A stretch of DNA of 63,992 bases, the filler included, from an uncultured bacterium (GTDB taxonomy: Bacteria > CAYSBA01): assembly GCA_964429075.1 (NCBI GenBank). It is 8 parts of 8 records of this genome, joined end to end, with 100 filler letters (N's around TTAATTAATTAA, not from the genome) between each part and the next. Parts side by side here need not be neighbours in the genome. Positions count along the whole stretch, not along the records: positions 42,289 to 50,445 come from CAYSBA010000044.1; positions 50,546 to 58,375 come from CAYSBA010000045.1; 6 more parts are not named here. One strand, given 5' to 3'. Below are positions 43,122-52,275 of this stretch, piece after piece. The position numbers and the translations under genes were made by a program. The notes beneath the pieces are model-generated. The model was given only the letters and a program-made list of their open reading frames with translations, was not told the origin of the DNA and made no database searches. Position 1 is the first letter of the stretch. Every line of letters starts with the position of its first letter.

Positions 43122-44348
43122 ATGGGTCTTTCTGCAACCAACTATTATCTCAAGATGGCAGCTTCAGAACTTGGCCTTTCAGAAAGTTTAAAAAAGCTGT
43201 TAATTACGCCGTATCGAATAATAAAGAGTGAGATCTTGATAGAGAGTGACGATGGAAGAATATTAACCTTTTTTGGTTATCGTGTCCAGCACAATAATGC
43301 GCGTGGACCAATGAAGGGTGGGCTCAGATATCACCCGAGTGTAAATGAAGAGGAAGTGATGTCTCTTGCCTCACTGATGACCTGGAAAACCTCCCTTGTC
43401 AATATACCATTTGGTGGTGCAAAAGGTGGAATTATGTGTGATCCTCAGACATTGAGCGAGGGCGAGGTCGAAAGACTCACAAAGGCCTTTGTAGATAATC
43501 TCAAAGAGGTAATTGGACCCAATCTGGATATCCCTGCACCCGACGTTAACACAAACGCACAGATTATGGCATGGATCATGCATCAGTATTCTAAACATTA
43601 TGGTTTCTCTCCTGCTGTTGTTACAGGCAAACCTGTTTATCTGCACGGAAGTCTCGGGAGAGAAGAGGCCACTGGAAGAGGGGTTTTTTTGTGTTCAAAA
43701 TGGATCCTCAATCTTGATAATATATCTGTAAAAGATGCAACCTTTGCGATACAGGGATTTGGAAATGTTGGTTCAAATGCTGCAAAGTTTATCCATAACT
43801 CAGGGGGAAAGGTTGTTGCTGTATCTGACATATCTGGTGGGCTTTACAATCCTGAAGGAATCGACATCCCTGCCCTTTTAGAATATGTAAAAGAAAACAG
43901 GGTGATCGATGGTTTTCAGGGCGGTGAGAATATTGATAACCAACAACTACTCACAACAGATTGCACTGTCTTAATCCCTGCTGCACTGGGTGATGTATTT
44001 GATAAAGATCTTGCTAAAGAGGTAAAGGCGCGCTATATTGTGGAAGGTGCAAACGGACCTACCTCTCCAGAGGCGGACGAAATATTTGAAAAAAGAGGTA
44101 TAAAGGTTGTACCAGACATACTTGCCAATGCTGGAGGTGTTACCGTTTCATACTTTGAATGGGTTCAGAATATACAGCGTTTCAGATGGACTCTGGAAGA
44201 GGTTCAGACAAGGATGGAGTCAATACTTAAAGAGGCCTTTGACAAGGTAATCGAGGTGTCTAAAAATAAAAAATGCAATTTGAGAAAATCTGCGTTCATT
44301 ATCGCCCTTGGCAGGGTAGCAAAATCGCAGGTCACTCTTGGTATTTAA
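43122..44348 (+). CDS. gdhA: Glu/Leu/Phe/Val dehydrogenase, most likely glutamate dehydrogenase
   Basis: RGPMKGGLRYHP, MTWK, PFGGAKGG, DIPAPD, GFGNVG, EGANGP, NAGGVTVSYFEW. Confidence 0.93.
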   Translation: MGLSATNYYLKMAASELGLSESLKKLLITPYRIIKSEILIESDDGRILTFFGYRVQHNNARGPMKGGLRYHPSVNEEEVMSLASLMTWKTSLVNIPFGGAKGGIMCDPQTLSEGEVERLTKAFVDNLKEVIGPNLDIPAPDVNTNAQIMAWIMHQYSKHYGFSPAVVTGKPVYLHGSLGREEATGRGVFLCSKWILNLDNISVKDATFAIQGFGNVGSNAAKFIHNSGGKVVAVSDISGGLYNPEGIDIPALLEYVKENRVIDGFQGGENIDNQQLLTTDCTVLIPAALGDVFDKDLAKEVKARYIVEGANGPTSPEADEIFEKRGIKVVPDILANAGGVTVSYFEWVQNIQRFRWTLEEVQTRMESILKEAFDKVIEVSKNKKCNLRKSAFIIALGRVAKSQVTLGI

Positions 44349-44367
44349 ATAAAATTTGGAGGATCAA

Positions 44368-44877
44368 ATGGTTAAGATTGAAGATGTAAAAAATCTATCT
44401 ATTTTTTCTGGGTTAAATGACAATGAGATCAATGATATTTTATATAGATGCTCAACAAAAGAGATAAATGCCAGGGATTTTCTATTTCATCAGGGAGACA
44501 GAGGCGATGATATGTACATCCTGTTAAAAGGTCAGGTTGAGGTTTTAGTTGATAGCAATGGCGAGCTTGCAAGAATAACCACCCTTGGCGAGGGTTCGGT
44601 TATTGGAGAACTTGCAGTTTTGACCTCTGAAAACAGGACCGCAACCATACGGGCAACCGAGGATTCAACACTACTATCTATAAGCAAGGTCAATTTCAAG
44701 AGATTGATTGCTGAAAAACACCAGGGTGCTTTGAGATTGGCCTACAACTTAGCTATAATCGTATCAAAAAGACTACAGATGATGGACAAAACCTTTGTTC
44801 AGATTATGAAGAGTCTTGGCAGAAAAAATGAACTCTATGAATATAGAAAGCGCTCATTTACAGACTGGGACTTTTGA
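44368..44877 (+). CDS. stand-alone cyclic-nucleotide-binding domain protein
   Basis: LFHQGD.GD.MYI, IGELAVL...RTATIRA; no HTH; GGAGG RBS. Confidence 0.85.
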   Translation: MVKIEDVKNLSIFSGLNDNEINDILYRCSTKEINARDFLFHQGDRGDDMYILLKGQVEVLVDSNGELARITTLGEGSVIGELAVLTSENRTATIRATEDSTLLSISKVNFKRLIAEKHQGALRLAYNLAIIVSKRLQMMDKTFVQIMKSLGRKNELYEYRKRSFTDWDF

Positions 44878-44888
44878 GGAGAGTTTCT

Positions 44889-46034
44889 ATGGACCTTGTC
44901 TATCTTTTGAAAGAGCTAAACCGTATAGGTATTGCCCTCAGTGAAGAGAAAGAGATAAACAGCTTATCTGAGAAGATCCTCGATGAAGCGATAAGGATAA
45001 GCAATTCAGAGGGGGGGAGTATCTATCTCAAAGAGGACGATCGACTTATCTTCAAGGTGGCAAAAAACAGAAAACTAACAATAAACGGAAGTAGTTTATT
45101 TTTTGACAAACCAATAGATATAAACGGTGATGGAATTGCAGCATACACATGTAGAAGTGGCCAGATAGTAAATCTTGAAGATGCGTACAATATATCACCC
45201 GAAATGCCATATCGATTTAACAAAGAATATGATATTAAAAATAATTACAGAACAAAATCTCTTCTTTCCTTGCCCATGAAAGATTCAGATGGCGAAGTAT
45301 TTGGAGTTCTTGAACTCATAAATGCAAAAGATAAAGATGGTAGAATTATTGCTTATAATCAAGATACCATAAACATAATGAGATCCCTCGCTTCGCAGGC
45401 TGCAGTTGCAATTAAGAAGATTATGCTAACAGAGAAACTACGCCAGTCCTACATAGAAACAATAATGAGATTATCTATTGCAGCTGAATATAGGGATGAC
45501 GACACTGGGAATCATATCAAAAGGATAAGTAGGTTTTCTGAAATCCTTGCAAAAAAACTTGGACTGTCTGAAAAACAGATCTATAGCATTAAATATGGTA
45601 GTCCTATGCATGACGTAGGCAAGATAGGAATCAGGGATTCGGTTCTTAAAAAGCCAGGGAAACTAACCAATGAGGAGTTTGATGAGATAAAGACGCATAC
45701 TATAATAGGTGCCAGAATTCTGTCTGGCTCTGAGGCAGACATACTGAAGGTTTCAGAAAGGATTGCTATATCTCACCACGAGAAGTTTGATGGCTCGGGC
45801 TATCCATATGGTCTCCGTGGCGATGAAATACCCCTTGAAGGTAGAATAGTTGCAGTTGCCGATGTTTTTGACGCACTTACCTCAAAGAGGTGTTATAAAC
45901 CTGCATTCAGCATAGAAAAATCTGTGGATATTATAAAATCTGGAAAGTGTCAGCACTTCGATCCAGATATTGTGGATGTATTTCTTGACTCTGTAGATGA
46001 GTTTGCTGAAATAAAAGCTATGCTAAATGATTAA
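44889..46034 (+). CDS. GAF + HD-GYP cyclic dinucleotide phosphodiesterase
   Basis: GAF (YRTKSLLSLPM, GVLELIN); MHDVGKIG, HHEKFDGSGYP, ADVFDALTSKRCYK. Confidence 0.92.
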   Translation: MDLVYLLKELNRIGIALSEEKEINSLSEKILDEAIRISNSEGGSIYLKEDDRLIFKVAKNRKLTINGSSLFFDKPIDINGDGIAAYTCRSGQIVNLEDAYNISPEMPYRFNKEYDIKNNYRTKSLLSLPMKDSDGEVFGVLELINAKDKDGRIIAYNQDTINIMRSLASQAAVAIKKIMLTEKLRQSYIETIMRLSIAAEYRDDDTGNHIKRISRFSEILAKKLGLSEKQIYSIKYGSPMHDVGKIGIRDSVLKKPGKLTNEEFDEIKTHTIIGARILSGSEADILKVSERIAISHHEKFDGSGYPYGLRGDEIPLEGRIVAVADVFDALTSKRCYKPAFSIEKSVDIIKSGKCQHFDPDIVDVFLDSVDEFAEIKAMLND

Positions 46035-46054
46035 AAAAGGGCCCAGAGGGCCCT
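46033..46054 (-). terminator. intrinsic terminator between convergent genes
   Basis: AGGGCCC-aga-GGGCCCT hairpin; A6 run on its left gives a U-tract on the minus strand. Confidence 0.6.
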
Positions 46055-46085
46055 GATCTTATTTTTTAAAATTTTTTTATTCTTA

Positions 46086-47111
46086 TCAGTCTCCGATATT
46101 GTTTCTGCTATCCTCACTATTGACTGTATTACTGGAAGGATCTGATAGGGTGTGAAAGGCACCAAGATAAAATCCTCTATAACCGTTTAAGTATGCACCA
46201 TCCAGTGTCCCCTCTTTGTTTCTTAATCTGTTGATCCATTTACCTTTAAATTGTCCGTTTTCATAACCACCCATCAAAATACCCCTGAAAATTCCACCTA
46301 CAGAGATCCATTTGCCAAAAAAGAGCTTTTTACCATCCCTTCTCTGTCCAAAAATCCCTTTCATCGCTCCTACGATCCTTCCGGCGGCATCAACCCATAG
46401 CCCTTTGAATCTACCCAGTTCACGGTTTCTAAAACGCTTCCAGTGACCAACTATAAAACCACTTTTTGAATCCTCTGTTATCCTTACAGCCCTTACTGCA
46501 ACTGCTGGCCCACCAGGTCCACCAAGAAGATCTACCAATGTCTTTCTGTCAATATCTTTTAGTTTTACCATGCCGGTATACGATTCTGTTTCAAATCTAA
46601 GCTCACAATCATCTTTTGCAACAGTAAGAGCTGCAATACCATCAAAGTGCGGTAGGGTCCTTGATCTCCACTTCAAAAAGTCTGAACCAGCATTATCCAG
46701 CAATCTATCCTGCCATTTTTCGAATAAAACAGGTCTCCTATAGACAAAAAGGCCGTTTGAGAGCTTCATACCTCCATCCCAGATAAGAAATGGAGCACCT
46801 GCAACAGGACCTGTCAACATACCCCAAAAGATGACTATACCATACACAGACTCATCCGATTCTACTTTTAACTGAGTGGAATTTAAGTCTAGGCCGATCT
46901 CATCGCCAGTTACAACAAATTCATCCTCAACAAGACTCTGAATATCTGGATCATCAAAATAGGGAAGTTCATCATTAAAATTAAACCCACCAAAATCCAT
47001 CTCAAGCGAATCAGCAACTGTCTCTTCATCCTGATCTACGGTATCATTTGATAAACAGCTGATCATACTTAGCATAACAATAACAGCCAAAAGAGACTTC
47101 AGAAGTTTCAT
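46086..47111 (-). CDS. hypothetical lipoprotein with repeated G-x-F-x-G-x-W motifs
   Basis: signal peptide ending MISC; acidic N-terminus; GFIVGHW, GRFKGLW, LFFGKW, GQFKGKW. Confidence 0.7.
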   Translation of the reverse strand: MKLLKSLLAVIVMLSMISCLSNDTVDQDEETVADSLEMDFGGFNFNDELPYFDDPDIQSLVEDEFVVTGDEIGLDLNSTQLKVESDESVYGIVIFWGMLTGPVAGAPFLIWDGGMKLSNGLFVYRRPVLFEKWQDRLLDNAGSDFLKWRSRTLPHFDGIAALTVAKDDCELRFETESYTGMVKLKDIDRKTLVDLLGGPGGPAVAVRAVRITEDSKSGFIVGHWKRFRNRELGRFKGLWVDAAGRIVGAMKGIFGQRRDGKKLFFGKWISVGGIFRGILMGGYENGQFKGKWINRLRNKEGTLDGAYLNGYRGFYLGAFHTLSDPSSNTVNSEDSRNNIGD

Positions 47112-47219
47112 CTTCTCCTCCATCTTACGTTCTCACCCTTATAAACAACAAAAAACAAAAAAGGTTTCACCCGTTGATACTTTACATTTCATCAATATGA
47201 TGATAACTCCATATTCGAG

Positions 47220-48098
47220 ATGAGAGGAGTTCACACAGCCATAGTAACCCCATTCAAAAATGGTCTTATAGATTTTTCTGCCTTTGAAAGGCTTATATCA
47301 AGACAGATTGAAGCAGGCATCCATGGGATCGTGGTTTGTGGTACCACAGGCGAATCGCCTGCACTCTCTATCGACGAGAAAAGGGCACTTTTCAAAAAGG
47401 CTCGAATACTGATCCCAGAAAATACTCTATTTATCGCAGGAACAGGCACAAACTCTACAGAAAAAACCCTCCAGTTGTGTAGGATTGCTGAAGATGAAGG
47501 TGCAGATGCCCTTCTTGTAGTAACTCCCTACTACAACAGACCACCACAATCTGCACTTGTAGACCACTATGTCTATGTTGCCGACAGGGTCAGAATCCCT
47601 GTTATTCTATATAATGTACCCACACGTACAGGAGTAGATCTATCCTTAGAATCAATCTCTATATTATCACAACATCCCAACATCAAAGGAATAAAAGAGG
47701 CATCTTCTGATATGAAAAAGATAGCAAGAATTAAAAAAGAAACATCTTCATCAGATTTTATTATCCTTTCTGGAGATGATAACACCTTTTTGCCCTTTCT
47801 CTCCCTTGGTGGCGATGGCATAATTTCAGTCTATACCAATCTTAATCCAGATAGATTTCTAATGATCTTTGATGCAATAAATTCCAGCGACCTCAATAGA
47901 GCTCGCAATCTCTTCCTCCAGACCCTGCCTGTACTTTTTGCTCTCTCAATTTCAACAAATCCTATACCAATAAAAGAAGCCCTATCTATTTATGGTTATA
48001 TTGAAAGAGAATTCAGATTACCACTTAAACCACTCAATGACAATGATTTAGAACTACTAAAAAATGCACTAATTAAGAATGAAGGCCCTGTTAAATAA
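47220..48098 (+). CDS. dapA: 4-hydroxy-tetrahydrodipicolinate synthase
   Basis: VTPF, CGTTGE, PYYN.P, LYNVP.RTG, GIKEAS, SGDD, NPIPIK. Confidence 0.95.
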   Translation: MRGVHTAIVTPFKNGLIDFSAFERLISRQIEAGIHGIVVCGTTGESPALSIDEKRALFKKARILIPENTLFIAGTGTNSTEKTLQLCRIAEDEGADALLVVTPYYNRPPQSALVDHYVYVADRVRIPVILYNVPTRTGVDLSLESISILSQHPNIKGIKEASSDMKKIARIKKETSSSDFIILSGDDNTFLPFLSLGGDGIISVYTNLNPDRFLMIFDAINSSDLNRARNLFLQTLPVLFALSISTNPIPIKEALSIYGYIEREFRLPLKPLNDNDLELLKNALIKNEGPVK

Positions 48099-48837
48099 AA
48101 GAATAGTTATAATCTTTATATCTATCTTTTTATTTGGCACAAAATCTGGTGCAGCTATAAAAGACTACGAAGATGCCATTGACTACTTTAATTCCGGAAA
48201 TTATACAGAGGCGATTAAAAGATTTGAGGATATTAGGAACCGTTATCCCTTCAGTCGTTATGCAAGGCTATCTCTCTTGAGGATAGCAGATTCGTACTTT
48301 AAACAGGGTAATTATCAGGAAGCTGCATCTTCATACAGTACATATGTTGAACTATATCCAGATAGCAAAGAGTATGAATATGCACTCTATAGGATCGGTA
48401 AATCCTATCAAAAAGATGCACCATCCAATCTCTGGATTTTTGCACCACCTCCATATGAAAGATCACTTCAATCACCAAAAAAGGCAATTAATATCTTCAA
48501 AAGATACCTGAATGAGTTTCCACATGGTAGATGGTCAAAGGATGCAAAAGAGGGAATAGAGAAGATGGTAGCTCTTTTGATAAAAAAGGAGATCTACAGT
48601 GCACAATTCTATGAGAAGAGAAAAGGCTATGCAGGTGCACTTTTCAGGTATATCCATCTTTTAAAGAGGTATCCAGAATATAAGACCAGAATTGCCAAAA
48701 AGATTTCCTGTGATACAAAACTTTTGCTCTCTGAGGATGCAGATGGAAAAGAAAAGCTAAAGGAGATCAAACGAACTGTAAAATCTATGGGACTTGATGT
48801 AGAAAGCCTATTTAAGGTGAATGGTGATTGTGGCTAA
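48079..48837 (+). CDS. bamD: outer membrane assembly factor BamD-like TPR protein
   Basis: RYPFSRYA, ADSYF, TPRs, E...AQFY......AGA..RY. Confidence 0.75.
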   Translation: MKALLNKRIVIIFISIFLFGTKSGAAIKDYEDAIDYFNSGNYTEAIKRFEDIRNRYPFSRYARLSLLRIADSYFKQGNYQEAASSYSTYVELYPDSKEYEYALYRIGKSYQKDAPSNLWIFAPPPYERSLQSPKKAINIFKRYLNEFPHGRWSKDAKEGIEKMVALLIKKEIYSAQFYEKRKGYAGALFRYIHLLKRYPEYKTRIAKKISCDTKLLLSEDADGKEKLKEIKRTVKSMGLDVESLFKVNGDCG

Positions 48838-48841
48838 ATTT

Positions 48842-48870
48842 TTGAAACAAAGCAATATCTTTGTTATATT
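48842..48870 (+). promoter_or_regulatory. putative promoter of the FHA/DUF4388 gene
   Basis: TTGAAA, 17 bp spacer, extended -10 TGnTATATT; AGGAG RBS downstream. Confidence 0.5.
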
Positions 48871-48901
48871 ATTGAGTTGATATTAAAAAAGGAGTCACAA
48901 G

Positions 48902-50197
48902 ATGGCAAAAAAGGCACGTTATGCATTGAGATTTATCTCCGGAAAATATGAAGGTGGTGAATTCCCATTAGAAGATGGCAAAGAAATCATTGTTGGTCGC
49001 AGTAACGATATAGATATTGTAATTGTAGAGGATATGGTCTCACGTAAACACGCCAAGATCACAGTAAATGGCGATAACATCGTTCTTGAGGATCTCGGCA
49101 GTACGAATGGAACCTTTGTTAATGGCAATAAGATAAAAAAGACAAATCTAAAAGTGGGTGACCGAATTATATTTGGTACATCAATATTAAAACTTGTTGA
49201 GCTTATACCCGATGAAAAGGAGGTTGATATTGATGATGATCTTGAAATAGTGGACAACAATGAAGAAGAAGCCCTGATTGAAGACGAACAGATACTGGAA
49301 GAGGAAGAGATTATAGATGAAATAGATGACGATATGATATTGGAGGATGAAGAGATTGATGAAAAAAAGGTAGCACAATCCGATGCAAAGAGTATGGATG
49401 TAGAAGAAGAACTTGATGTACATGAGGAAGAAGAGGAGGAAGAAGAAGAGCTAATAGAAGATGTGGAGGATCTAATTGAAGAGGAAGAACTAATTGAAGA
49501 CTCACAAGAATCAAAAAAGACCGACGAGAAAGAGGTAAAGAAACAAAAGGATATAAAAGAGGAAAAAGATCATCAAAAGCCCTCCAAACCAGAACCAAAA
49601 TTGAAGATGGTAAAAAGTGGCAAGAAGATCCCCTACAAGATCGACAGTGGCAAAAAGATTATGAGCGGGACATTGGACGAACTTGAAATTGGTGATGTCC
49701 TGCAGATGATAGGGACAATGAAAAAAAGTGGTAAACTTATAATAAAATCTGGCGATATAACCGGCTGTATTGTCCTTCAAAAAGGTATCCTCAAATCCTG
49801 TTATATCGAAGGAAGCCAGGCATCCTCTGAACACGATTTATATACACTGTTGGATGTCCAGGGTGGTGAGTTTGAGCTTCTAAGTTTTTCAGCAGACGAA
49901 AAACCCGAAGATATATTCAATCTTTCAATAGAAGAGGCCATCCTTAATGCTACAAAAAGAAAGGATGAACTTAACAATCTATTTGAGTCTTTTCCAGAAT
50001 TAAAGAACAACCTTAAGATGCCACATCCACTTGAGCCAAAACTGTCAGATCTTTCAAAAGATGAATTAGATCTATTTCAGGAGGTAATAAACAAAGGCAA
50101 TGTCCAGACTATTCTGACAACAAAGAATGTAGACGAAATTGAGCTCTACAAACAGGTGTCACATCTTATTAAAAAGGGATATCTGATTGGCGAATGA
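48902..50197 (+). CDS. FHA domain, acidic low-complexity linker, DUF4388-like domain
   Basis: VGRSND..VSRKHA..STNGTFVNG; long E/D tract; MSGTLDEL...DVLQMI...KKSG.L. Confidence 0.85.
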   Translation: MAKKARYALRFISGKYEGGEFPLEDGKEIIVGRSNDIDIVIVEDMVSRKHAKITVNGDNIVLEDLGSTNGTFVNGNKIKKTNLKVGDRIIFGTSILKLVELIPDEKEVDIDDDLEIVDNNEEEALIEDEQILEEEEIIDEIDDDMILEDEEIDEKKVAQSDAKSMDVEEELDVHEEEEEEEEELIEDVEDLIEEEELIEDSQESKKTDEKEVKKQKDIKEEKDHQKPSKPEPKLKMVKSGKKIPYKIDSGKKIMSGTLDELEIGDVLQMIGTMKKSGKLIIKSGDITGCIVLQKGILKSCYIEGSQASSEHDLYTLLDVQGGEFELLSFSADEKPEDIFNLSIEEAILNATKRKDELNNLFESFPELKNNLKMPHPLEPKLSDLSKDELDLFQEVINKGNVQTILTTKNVDEIELYKQVSHLIKKGYLIGE

Positions 50198-50445
50198 AAA
50201 GACCTATGGCACAAAACTAATTATTGTTACCGTTAGTGGTTTTGGTGCTGGATACTCTCCAGTTGCATCTGGTACAGTCGGAACCATAGTTGCTATACCT
50301 CTTGGCTGGGTATTTTCTCGATTTTCTTACTGGGTCTGGTTTATATCGCTCTTATCTCTCTTTTTTGTTGCATGCTGGTTATCAGAGAGGGCAGAAGAGA
50401 TATTTGAAGAACATGATTCTTCGAAGATAGTAATTGATGAAATAG
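50187..50445 (+). CDS. pgpA: phosphatidylglycerophosphatase A (3' truncated)
   Basis: FGAGYSPVASGTVGT, HDSSKIVIDEI. Confidence 0.9.
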
Positions 50446-50545
50446 NNNNNNNNNNNNNNNNNNNNNNNNNNNNNNNNNNNNNNNNNNNNTTAATTAATTA
50501 ANNNNNNNNNNNNNNNNNNNNNNNNNNNNNNNNNNNNNNNNNNNN
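50446..50545. other. artificial contig linker
   Basis: 44 N + TTAATTAATTAA + 44 N. Confidence 0.98.
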
Positions 50546-50546
50546 T

Positions 50547-51065
50547 CTTTATAACATTCATGAGATACCCAAAGATGGTCTTGAAATAAAAGGGACTATT
50601 GCCATAGATGATTTCTCTAAGGAATACGAGGATCTCTGTGAAGGTGTAAGTTTTATAGAGCCCATTTTTGTGCAGGCCTTCATAAAAGAATCTCCAGAAG
50701 GTGGATACAGGGTAAAGGGGGTATTCAAATTTGTCTGTAGCCTTATTTGTATAAGGTGTCTTGATGAATTTGAAATAGAGATCGAGAAACCTTTTAATGT
50801 TCTTGTAAAAAGGGTCGTGACAGAGGGTAAATACGAGGTTGAGCTTACAAGAGAGGACCTTGAAACCTATCCTCTTGAGGGTGAAAATATCGATATATTT
50901 GTCTTAATAGCAGGAGAGCTCTACATGTCTTTACCCGATTACCCTCTATGTGATGAAGATTGCAAAGGTCTTTGTCAATTTTGTGGTATCAATTTAAATT
51001 ATTCAACTTGTGAGTGTTTAACAGGACAAAAGAAAGATCAAAAAGGATTGGCAAATCCAGCTTAA
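50547..51065 (+). CDS. YceD/DUF177 family protein (5' truncated)
   Basis: CIRCL and PLCDEDCKGLCQFCGINLN...C.C; upstream of rpmF. Confidence 0.88.
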   Translation, partial: LYNIHEIPKDGLEIKGTIAIDDFSKEYEDLCEGVSFIEPIFVQAFIKESPEGGYRVKGVFKFVCSLICIRCLDEFEIEIEKPFNVLVKRVVTEGKYEVELTREDLETYPLEGENIDIFVLIAGELYMSLPDYPLCDEDCKGLCQFCGINLNYSTCECLTGQKKDQKGLANPA

Positions 51066-51080
51066 TAATGGAGGATCGAG

Positions 51081-51272
51081 ATGGCTGTACCAAAAAAGAG
51101 GACATCCAGAGCAAGGAGAGATAAAAGAAGGTCTCAGTGGATGAGGAAATCTACCGAGACTATAAATGCAACAAAGTGTCCAAACTGTGGTACTCCTGTA
51201 CTGCCACACAATGCCTGCCCAAAATGTGGTACCTACAGGGGTAGAAAGGTTATGGATGTAGAAGAGGAATAA
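51081..51272 (+). CDS. rpmF: 50S ribosomal protein L32
   Basis: MAVPKKRTS..RRDKRR, CPNCG...H.ACPKCG.Y. Confidence 0.97.
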   Translation: MAVPKKRTSRARRDKRRSQWMRKSTETINATKCPNCGTPVLPHNACPKCGTYRGRKVMDVEEE

Positions 51273-51278
51273 CAAAAA

Positions 51279-52271
51279 ATGGCAGATCTTAGAATCCTTG
51301 GGACCGGCAGAGGTGTCCCTGAGAAGGTGGTAGACAATCACTATTTTGAAAAAATCGTGGACACCTCAGATGAATGGATAACAGAAAGGACAGGTATAAA
51401 AAAAAGACATTTCATAGGGGAAGGTGAGGCTGCATCTACCTATGCAACCATTGCTGCAAAGAAGGCGATAGATTCTTCAGGGTTATCACCGTCTGATATT
51501 GATTGTATAATTGTCAGTACTGTTACAGGGGATATGCGATTACCATCCACAGCCTGTTTCGTGCAGAGAGAACTCGGGCTAAAGGGTTGTGCAGCCTTTG
51601 ATATATCTGCTGCATGTGCAGGTTTCATCTATGGCCTTTCAATTGCATGGGGATATCTTTTGTCAGGACAGTTTAAAAGAATACTTTTGATTGGTGTGGA
51701 GATACTCTCTCCATTCCTTAATTTTGAAGACAGGACCACCTGTGTTTTGTTTGGTGATGGAGCAGGTGCTGTGGTACTCGATCTTGCAGAGGAAAAAGAA
51801 AGGTTTTTTGATTTTTGTATATATGCAGATGGTAATTATGCAGATTCACTGTCCATACCAGCTGGCGGGTCCCGTTATCCTGCTTCAGAACAGACCGTTA
51901 GAAAAAAGATGCACACAGTGCATATGAATGGGAGAGAAATATACAAGGTTGCAGTAAAAAATATAGCAGGCAGCTTAAGAGAGATTATGGAAAGAAAGGG
52001 ACTTGATTCTGACATGGTAGACCATGTAGTAGCACATCAGGCGAATCTACGTATTCTAAAACATGTGGCAGCAACTTTGAAGATGGACATTTCAAAATTC
52101 TACATAAACATCCATGAATATGGGAATACCTCTTCTGCATCCATTCCGATTGCCCTCGATGAAATGTTAGAAAAGGGACTGATAAAGAGTGGTCAAACAA
52201 TCCTTATGTCTGCACTTGGAGGGGGTATTACATGGGGGGCTGCTACGATAAAATGGTATAAAGAGGGCTGA
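51279..52271 (+). CDS. fabH: beta-ketoacyl-ACP synthase III
   Basis: TSDEWI..RTGI, AACAGF, LFGDGAGA, HQANLRI, GNTSSAS. Confidence 0.95.
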   Translation: MADLRILGTGRGVPEKVVDNHYFEKIVDTSDEWITERTGIKKRHFIGEGEAASTYATIAAKKAIDSSGLSPSDIDCIIVSTVTGDMRLPSTACFVQRELGLKGCAAFDISAACAGFIYGLSIAWGYLLSGQFKRILLIGVEILSPFLNFEDRTTCVLFGDGAGAVVLDLAEEKERFFDFCIYADGNYADSLSIPAGGSRYPASEQTVRKKMHTVHMNGREIYKVAVKNIAGSLREIMERKGLDSDMVDHVVAHQANLRILKHVAATLKMDISKFYINIHEYGNTSSASIPIALDEMLEKGLIKSGQTILMSALGGGITWGAATIKWYKEG

Positions 52272-52275
52272 AAAA

